DNA of 64,000 nt from Promethearchaeia archaeon. GTDB taxonomy: Archaea > Asgardarchaeota > Lokiarchaeia > Sigyniarchaeales > SOKP01. The notes under the pieces were generated by a model. It saw nothing but the letters and a program-made list of their open reading frames with translations, ran no database searches and was not told where the DNA came from. The stretch covers positions 1,828 to 65,827 of the forward strand of contig JBATUM010000185.1 of the NCBI GenBank assembly GCA_049671145.1, written 5' to 3'. The first letter of the stretch is position 1. Each line of letters begins with the position of its first letter. Positions 59,801-64,000 of the stretch are shown piece by piece. Position numbers and translations under genes: made by a program.

Positions 59801-61603
59801 CAAAGTTTATTAAATCCAGTATTACATACCTCATTTAAAAATTATTACCAAACTATTGGGAAGTACGCTAATATAGGAAGAAAAATTTCTAATTCCTTTA
59901 AATCATGGATTAAAAGATCAAAATATAAACTTAATAAGCGTCAAAGAATCCTTAATTTAATTGAAAACATCAATAAAAATAATGAAGTTGAAAGATTTAT
60001 CATCAATATTATTCGAAATTCAATAGATAATTCAAAAGAAAGAACTTCTTTAGGCGAAATTTCGAGAATGTTTAAAAACTTTGGCTTAGATGTCTCTCGA
60101 ATGACTGTAACTAGAATCGCATTGGAAAAAGTATTTAATAATGATCTAGAGATATTCCAAAAATATTTTAAACCTGGACAAGATGAAGAATTTAAAGATA
60201 TTGATCTTCAAAACTTATTCTTTGACGATATAACTAATTTTGGAGTAGTAAGTAAATTTAAAAGCTTTAGAAGAATAACGAGAGAGGAAGGAAGAGAGTT
60301 ATATCCGAATATAGGTACAAAGATTTCACCATATTTTATTGAATGGATAAAAAAAAATATTAAAAATGATGATGAAGAGAAGCAAAAATTAATTCAATTA
60401 TGCGAAAAAATAGACGAAGAGTCGCAAATTTTACAACTAATCCTTCACAGAACATTATCTTCAGATTTAAATATATCTGAAATCGCGCTTGAAATGGAAA
60501 ATCTAGGACTTAATGGTCAACGGGGTACCATTTCAAAAAACGTATTAAAGTATATATATAATAATGATAAAGAAAATCTAAACTTAAGATTTCCATCAGA
60601 TTTAAGTTCAGAATTGGGAACTTGGACTCATATATGCATTAGAGATTTATTATCTAAGCATTTTATATCCATTAATTATAAATATTATTCAGAAGTACAA
60701 ATATTTCCTCCTAGTAATAAAAAGGCAGATGGGATTTTACTAAATATTAGACAAAATAGATATTTGCATGAAAAGTTAAATCTTTCTAAAGATGGAAATA
60801 GATTTAAAAACAAAATGGGAATTAAAAATAATATCATTCAAAAAATTAAAGCTATTCAATTTGATTTTACAAGTGATATTTCTGATGAAAATATTATAGA
60901 CAAATGCATAAAATATCAAAATCCAAATATTTTATTGATTATCGTATGTACAAACTGGAAAAATAAAAAGGCTAATAGAAGTTTGCCTCCTCTCTCGAAT
61001 AAAGTTAAGAATAAAGATAATCTTTGTATTATTAGTGCTAAATTATTCACTGAATTTATAGGATTGAATCAAACTTTAAAACAAGAATTCCTCAATATTA
61101 TTTCTAAAAGCAATAAATCAAATTTAACTTTCTTAAAACAATATCATAAGAAAAATTATCCAAATCTTACTAATTCTGGAACTATAGAATTGAAAAATGA
61201 TATTGGCTCCAAATTATTTAATAGAGTTTTTAAAGATCTTGAAATAAGCGAGGTAAATGAACTCATTGATACCTCAAAACTTGCATCTAAATTTGTTTCA
61301 TTTTGTTTGGAAAATATAAATTCCCAATCGAATCAGCATGAATTAAAATCTCATATAATATCAAAAGGTGGATATAAAGGAGGATACTTCAAATTTACAA
61401 CTAAAAATTTATATGAATTTAAGAAATTTGTAAAAACAAAAAATCTAAATTTAAACTATTTGTCTAAGATTTTGGCAAATATACATGGAATTCGTAATAT
61501 TTTTTATAAAAAGATATTAAGATATAATTCAACACTTAAGAGAAGGACAGAACAAAGAGTAATTTTGATTAAGAAATCTTTTTTAGAAAGTCAAATACAC
61601 TGA
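56804..61603 (+). CDS. Large (1,599 aa) acidic/coiled-coil protein with four HTH-like modules and a possible nuclease-like end
   Basis: The GTG start is preceded by TAGGAGGGAGGG. The N-terminus has four (E/D)YDPFSL motifs, followed by a long E/K-rich region with about 70-aa repeats, four about 125-aa repeats each ending ...RFPS/KPG, and a C-terminal alpha/beta region. Confidence 0.75.
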   Translation: MGDEWDEYEKDEDTNPEKEKDLDELEEGYDPFSLKSKVMENEEEQEYDPFSLHRDECDTETTEDYDPFSLTEGDSANEMDEDYDPFSLHRDEVSEEQTGEEDITQKEEREEICENIDSQSTLLVQRESNKDGETCDERAEENSEQEKNQTEDTEEIIMPDPEKYEQDQETIYDPAEIDFIRDMEELGSILKESEESRGISEEELEEYDNTGFNAEQAYQEIKEKNREKELEQKELPLEEHDLQNTVEKAEEQHNENLKERECKEEDELPKEITDSEEFQYLWEEYDRLEQEGTNLEEISELMHEAEETYQMLKNYEEELEEIYERQEKQGLESIDHKNEEKPEDYRIEVESVYEAEYFIDAEIQLQTEGKSSEEITNEMQKVEEKYDFEEKVEKLHEKQRKDKYNSVDHENEEDEDDQREEIDRVDVIEGVVEAEEEFHKQGKSQKEIDEKTERIANKFYKNEIEEQLQNRPEQEVNKELGTEVTEPEFALEERDQINHTSFDNNDQKIEIYPEMENREILEEIDIEVDDSTNDRGSYQESMEKAIEKENKPETEESQEKEYELLQQLYHQDTGRRPQYRGRETKEYSQWLEHQKLKTKKAKEKEVKEQEEERWKEILKDWIEESKDEMPSSELKLVLKEIIQKFEILEELYREGVNLTEIERDHWLSKLIKLQNKYPIHLHLYQNIYGFKVYVQESHPWDINRIKNKFLRHLVKKYKILKQNLKNINFGNIKSSELRSIIKKYHKFTLNKYLKVKYPNRGFQITKQFFKWLKTDGNAAKMDKITNICKEINTNQELYNFFIYLVINSLLSLKKISEKFKFLGFNIHSSALGKYAKKILGAEYKIRFPSGKKRIQSFNNKNLCFHNLLNKVLLQKFYEFREEFPKSYPNTGRIIGDKFILWIKKNLKNFDEKRYLLKLIERVNGNREITQYIISLIYHSELTQLDIVNELWKKNLKISREAIRNIAEQNLSYDKYKERFSRYKKSYNYDEQLSSNSSLYQSLLNPVLHTSFKNYYQTIGKYANIGRKISNSFKSWIKRSKYKLNKRQRILNLIENINKNNEVERFIINIIRNSIDNSKERTSLGEISRMFKNFGLDVSRMTVTRIALEKVFNNDLEIFQKYFKPGQDEEFKDIDLQNLFFDDITNFGVVSKFKSFRRITREEGRELYPNIGTKISPYFIEWIKKNIKNDDEEKQKLIQLCEKIDEESQILQLILHRTLSSDLNISEIALEMENLGLNGQRGTISKNVLKYIYNNDKENLNLRFPSDLSSELGTWTHICIRDLLSKHFISINYKYYSEVQIFPPSNKKADGILLNIRQNRYLHEKLNLSKDGNRFKNKMGIKNNIIQKIKAIQFDFTSDISDENIIDKCIKYQNPNILLIIVCTNWKNKKANRSLPPLSNKVKNKDNLCIISAKLFTEFIGLNQTLKQEFLNIISKSNKSNLTFLKQYHKKNYPNLTNSGTIELKNDIGSKLFNRVFKDLEISEVNELIDTSKLASKFVSFCLENINSQSNQHELKSHIISKGGYKGGYFKFTTKNLYEFKKFVKTKNLNLNYLSKILANIHGIRNIFYKKILRYNSTLKRRTEQRVILIKKSFLESQIH
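56887..57067 (+). repeat. Four YDPFSL short linear motifs in an acidic context
   Basis: GYDPFSL, EYDPFSL, DYDPFSL and DYDPFSL are spaced 12-13 aa apart. The second and fourth are followed by HRDE. Confidence 0.9.
59069..60600 (+). repeat. Four tandem modules of about 125 aa with a helix-turn-helix-like core
   Basis: Each module begins (K/S/L)Y(P/A)N-x-G-x-x-I-x-x-x-F-x-x-W(I/L)K and contains a segment such as LSLKKISEKFKFLGFNIHSSALGKYAKKIL, LTQLDIVNELWKKNLKISREAIRNIAEQNL, SLGEISRMFKNFGLDVSRMTVTRIALEKVF or NISEIALEMENLGLNGQRGTISKNVLKYIY. Confidence 0.6.
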
Positions 61604-61634
61604 ATTAGGTAAAGGTTTACCTTAAACTTATAGT

Positions 61635-61913
61635 TTATTTGTTAGATCTTCTATCCGCCTTTGCCCTCTGAGAAACAGTTCCAGCATGTACGCTACAACT
61701 AATACAATAGTATTTCGTCTTAGTGGGAGCTTGAATAATCGTTCCTGATTTTTTAAGCTCTGTATACATTCTTCCATCTACTAATGGAACTCTTCTTGTC
61801 ACAGCTTTAGCTTTACTCCGAGCAACAAAACGCCCACACTTAGCACACTGAACTTTTGAGTATTGGCCTTTACGTGAACCGCTTTTACCGCCACTTTTTC
61901 TCTTTTTGGGAAT
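61635..61913 (-). CDS. rps26e: Ribosomal protein eS26
   Basis: The minus-strand translation is (M)PKKRKSGGKSGSRKGQYSKVQCAKCGRFVARSKAKAV...KYYCISCSVHAGTVSQRAKADRRSNK*. It matches the eS26 pattern (PKKR..G, C-x2-C ... C-x2-C-x-H). It is absent from the ORF track because the only plausible start is ATT. Confidence 0.8.
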   Translation of the reverse strand: MPKKRKSGGKSGSRKGQYSKVQCAKCGRFVARSKAKAVTRRVPLVDGRMYTELKKSGTIIQAPTKTKYYCISCSVHAGTVSQRAKADRRSNK

Positions 61914-62055
61914 TAAAATCAGCCTTTTTAAAATAGTTTTAGATGAAGTTTTAGTTCTATTTATTTGAATAAGATAAACCTTAAAAAATTTATGCTTTCC
62001 CTTAGTTTTTTAACAATTTCGAGTGATTTCAATGTAATACTTTAGAAGAAATGCT

Positions 62056-62787
62056 TTATTTCGATTTTTCTTTATCAATTTTATGCAAAGATTTAAATGA
62101 ATATAAAATTCTCTGGAGGATGGTAAAAATAAGTAATCCCGTATATATTATAATGAAAATAGGAAAAAATAGTGTGAAATGAGAGCCATATATGAGTTTA
62201 GATAAATAATAGATCCAAGATTCAGTAATAAAAGCGAACCACAAAATTATAAGTCTTTCCGCTCTTTCCATGAATCCAATTCCTTTCATTTCAATTCCCT
62301 CATTTTCAGCACGCGCCCTTATATAAGAAATCATTATTACTAAAAAGAGAAGAATATAACCCCATAGATAATCGATCAATTTTCCAAATATCAGGCTTAA
62401 AATAATTACAGCATCAGATAATCTATCTAAATTTGAATCTAGGAATGCTCCTGCCCTTGAATTATGACCAGTTCTTCTAGCAACTTCTCCATCAAAAACA
62501 TCAAAAGTTCCAGCCCAGAACATTAGAAAAGGTACAATCCAAGCCGACCATATTGGAAAGTGGAGTCCTCCAATTGAAATAAAAAAAGCAGCAGCAATAG
62601 AAAATATAAAACCAATAAAAGAAAGAGAATTAGGAGAGACATTATGCTTAATTAAAAGCTTTACTGGACGATCAATAAATTTATCAAGTAGCTTTCTTTG
62701 ATTTTGTCTCTTTGTATTCGCTTTTTCTTTGTCACTCATTTTCATTGCCGTTTTCGAAATTAGAGATATTATAATTTTAACATTCAT
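62056..62787 (-). CDS. CDP-alcohol phosphatidyltransferase family (archaetidyl-inositol-phosphate/serine synthase-like)
   Basis: The full signature D-x2-D-G-x2-A-R-x8-G-x3-D-x3-D is present in DVFDGEVARRTGHNSRAGAFLDSNLDRLSD. The protein has multiple TM helices. The true start may be an internal Met (MKMSDKEK). Confidence 0.85.
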   Translation of the reverse strand: MNVKIIISLISKTAMKMSDKEKANTKRQNQRKLLDKFIDRPVKLLIKHNVSPNSLSFIGFIFSIAAAFFISIGGLHFPIWSAWIVPFLMFWAGTFDVFDGEVARRTGHNSRAGAFLDSNLDRLSDAVIILSLIFGKLIDYLWGYILLFLVIMISYIRARAENEGIEMKGIGFMERAERLIILWFAFITESWIYYLSKLIYGSHFTLFFPIFIIIYTGLLIFTILQRILYSFKSLHKIDKEKSK

Positions 62788-62803
62788 TAAAATAAAAAAT
62801 TTT

Positions 62804-63406
62804 TCATATTAATAACTCTAAATTTAATCTTATTAATCGAATTACAGAAGAAGCTAAATATGATTGAGTTCCTAAACTTAAATTTGGTAGTTTTAACTCA
62901 ATCAATTCTTTTGATTTTAATATTTCACCAGTTTGACTACCAATAACGAAAATAATGTGCTCTTGTGATGATATCTCCTTTATATATTTAAAGAAATCTT
63001 GTCCACTCTCATCTAGAACATATATCGTATATTTTTGCTTTTTATAGGCGTTTAACGTATTAAAGATATCTTGATTAATGTATTTAATATTTTTTAAAGG
63101 GTTTTTACTATACTTTAGCTGACCAGTTCTATTTTGGATTAAATCTACAAAATATTCTGTAAGTAGAATTTCATTTTTTGGAAATACCTCCTCATCCAAT
63201 GATTCAGGGTCAAATACAAAAGTACCATATTTTTCTAAAAACACCCAAATTTGGATATTATTATTAAATCCTTTTTGATTCAATAAGGCAGCTAGAATGC
63301 ATCTTGAAATTACATCTAATCTTCCCGTTGAACCAGGAATTTCTTTAATTGTATAATTTGTAATATCTACACTACTAGATTTAATGAAGAAAAGTATTTC
63401 CATCAA
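62804..63406 (-). CDS. trmY: tRNA (pseudouridine54-N1)-methyltransferase TrmY-like SPOUT protein
   Basis: IKEIPGSTGRLDVISRCILAAL matches the conserved TrmY/DUF358 N-terminal motif (LPGSxGRLDxxCRC). The length, about 200 aa, is typical. Confidence 0.65.
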   Translation of the reverse strand: MMEILFFIKSSSVDITNYTIKEIPGSTGRLDVISRCILAALLNQKGFNNNIQIWVFLEKYGTFVFDPESLDEEVFPKNEILLTEYFVDLIQNRTGQLKYSKNPLKNIKYINQDIFNTLNAYKKQKYTIYVLDESGQDFFKYIKEISSQEHIIFVIGSQTGEILKSKELIELKLPNLSLGTQSYLASSVIRLIRLNLELLI

Positions 63407-63598
63407 AAATTAAAAATGAATCCTATAAAAAAAATGTAGTAAAAATTTCTTAACTAAAAAAGTTCTAACTTTATACTATAAAATCCTGGTCACTTTTATT
63501 ATATTAACCTAAAAATTGGTCTAAAAAACCTTTTAATAAAGCAAACGGGTTACTTAAAATGAAAACCAAAAAAAATCTAATAAAAAGAGATATAAAAA

Positions 63599-64000
63599 AT
63601 GGAATCTGCAAAACTTAAAAAAGTAAATAACAATGATGTTGCAATTGAGGTTAAAGACTTAAAGAAATATTTTGAAGATGTAAAGGCAGTAGATGAGATT
63701 TCTTTTAAAATAAACAGGGGAGAATGCTTTGGATTCTTAGGACCAAATGGTGCCGGAAAAACAACAACCATTAATATTCTTTCTTGTTACCTAAAACCGA
63801 CAAGCGGAGAAGGTAGAGTAAATAATTTTGACGTTGTAAAAGAAGCAGCAGAAGTAAAAAAACTTATTGGAATAGTACCACAAGAAAACATTTTTTATGA
63901 AGAATTTACTGTATATGAAAACTTAATGTTCTTCGGAAAAATGTATACGGTAAATTCGTCAATTCTTAAGCAAAGAGCCAATGATCTAATTAACAAAGTT
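63599..64000 (+). CDS. ABC transporter ATP-binding protein (5' part; runs off the window)
   Basis: MESAKLKKVNNNDVAIEVKDLKKYFEDVKAVDEISFKINRGECFGFLGPNGAGKTTTINIL... carries Walker A GPNGAGKTT. The frame is open to the window end and is not in the track because it has no stop. Confidence 0.85.
   Translation, partial: MESAKLKKVNNNDVAIEVKDLKKYFEDVKAVDEISFKINRGECFGFLGPNGAGKTTTINILSCYLKPTSGEGRVNNFDVVKEAAEVKKLIGIVPQENIFYEEFTVYENLMFFGKMYTVNSSILKQRANDLINKV

Noticed and set aside
46914-63771. Other antisense or out-of-frame track ORFs: 46914-47105, 50242-50589, 51166-51360, 52128-52316, 52473-52790, 53148-53345, 55713-55913, 57438-57803, 58389-58577, 59586-59834 and 63577-63771.
   Set aside because: Each overlaps a longer ORF with recognisable motifs. 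For example, 63577-63771 is antisense to the ABC ATPase Walker A region, and 50242-50589 is antisense to two same-strand small ORFs.

Overview
This is an AT-rich, gene-dense window that looks archaeal. Its right edge carries ribosomal protein eS26, a TrmY-like SPOUT methyltransferase, a CDP-alcohol phosphatidyltransferase and an ABC ATPase. eS26 suggests a TACK/Asgard-type lineage, but I cannot assign the organism. One uninterrupted ORF (101-36973, 12,290 aa) dominates the window. It has a soluble N-terminus, a hydrophobic anchor cluster, about 9,800 aa of adhesin-like modules, a second hydrophobic cluster and a short C-terminal (CT) domain. The region 3' of it reads like a polymorphic toxin/immunity locus, a type best known from bacterial CDI/Rhs systems. 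It contains a small cognate gene, a start-less orphan copy of the CT with a second small-gene paralog, and a truncated third small-gene remnant. It also contains a 3.8-kb 5'-truncated paralog of the giant gene's 3' end, which carries a third CT variant and an embedded Sec11/S26B-like peptidase domain. Interspersed are an XPD-like Cys-cluster helicase plus a truncated second copy, an LRR protein, a PIN toxin-antitoxin pair, decayed genes and GC-rich direct repeats. A second candidate system lies at 50.9-61.6 kb. It pairs a membrane-anchored HerA/VirB4-like ATPase that has lost both Walker motifs with an intact paralog. A 1,599-aa protein follows, with four YDPFSL motifs, acidic repeats, four HTH-like modules and a possible nuclease-like end. 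All homology calls were made by eye from the translations, and no database search was run.
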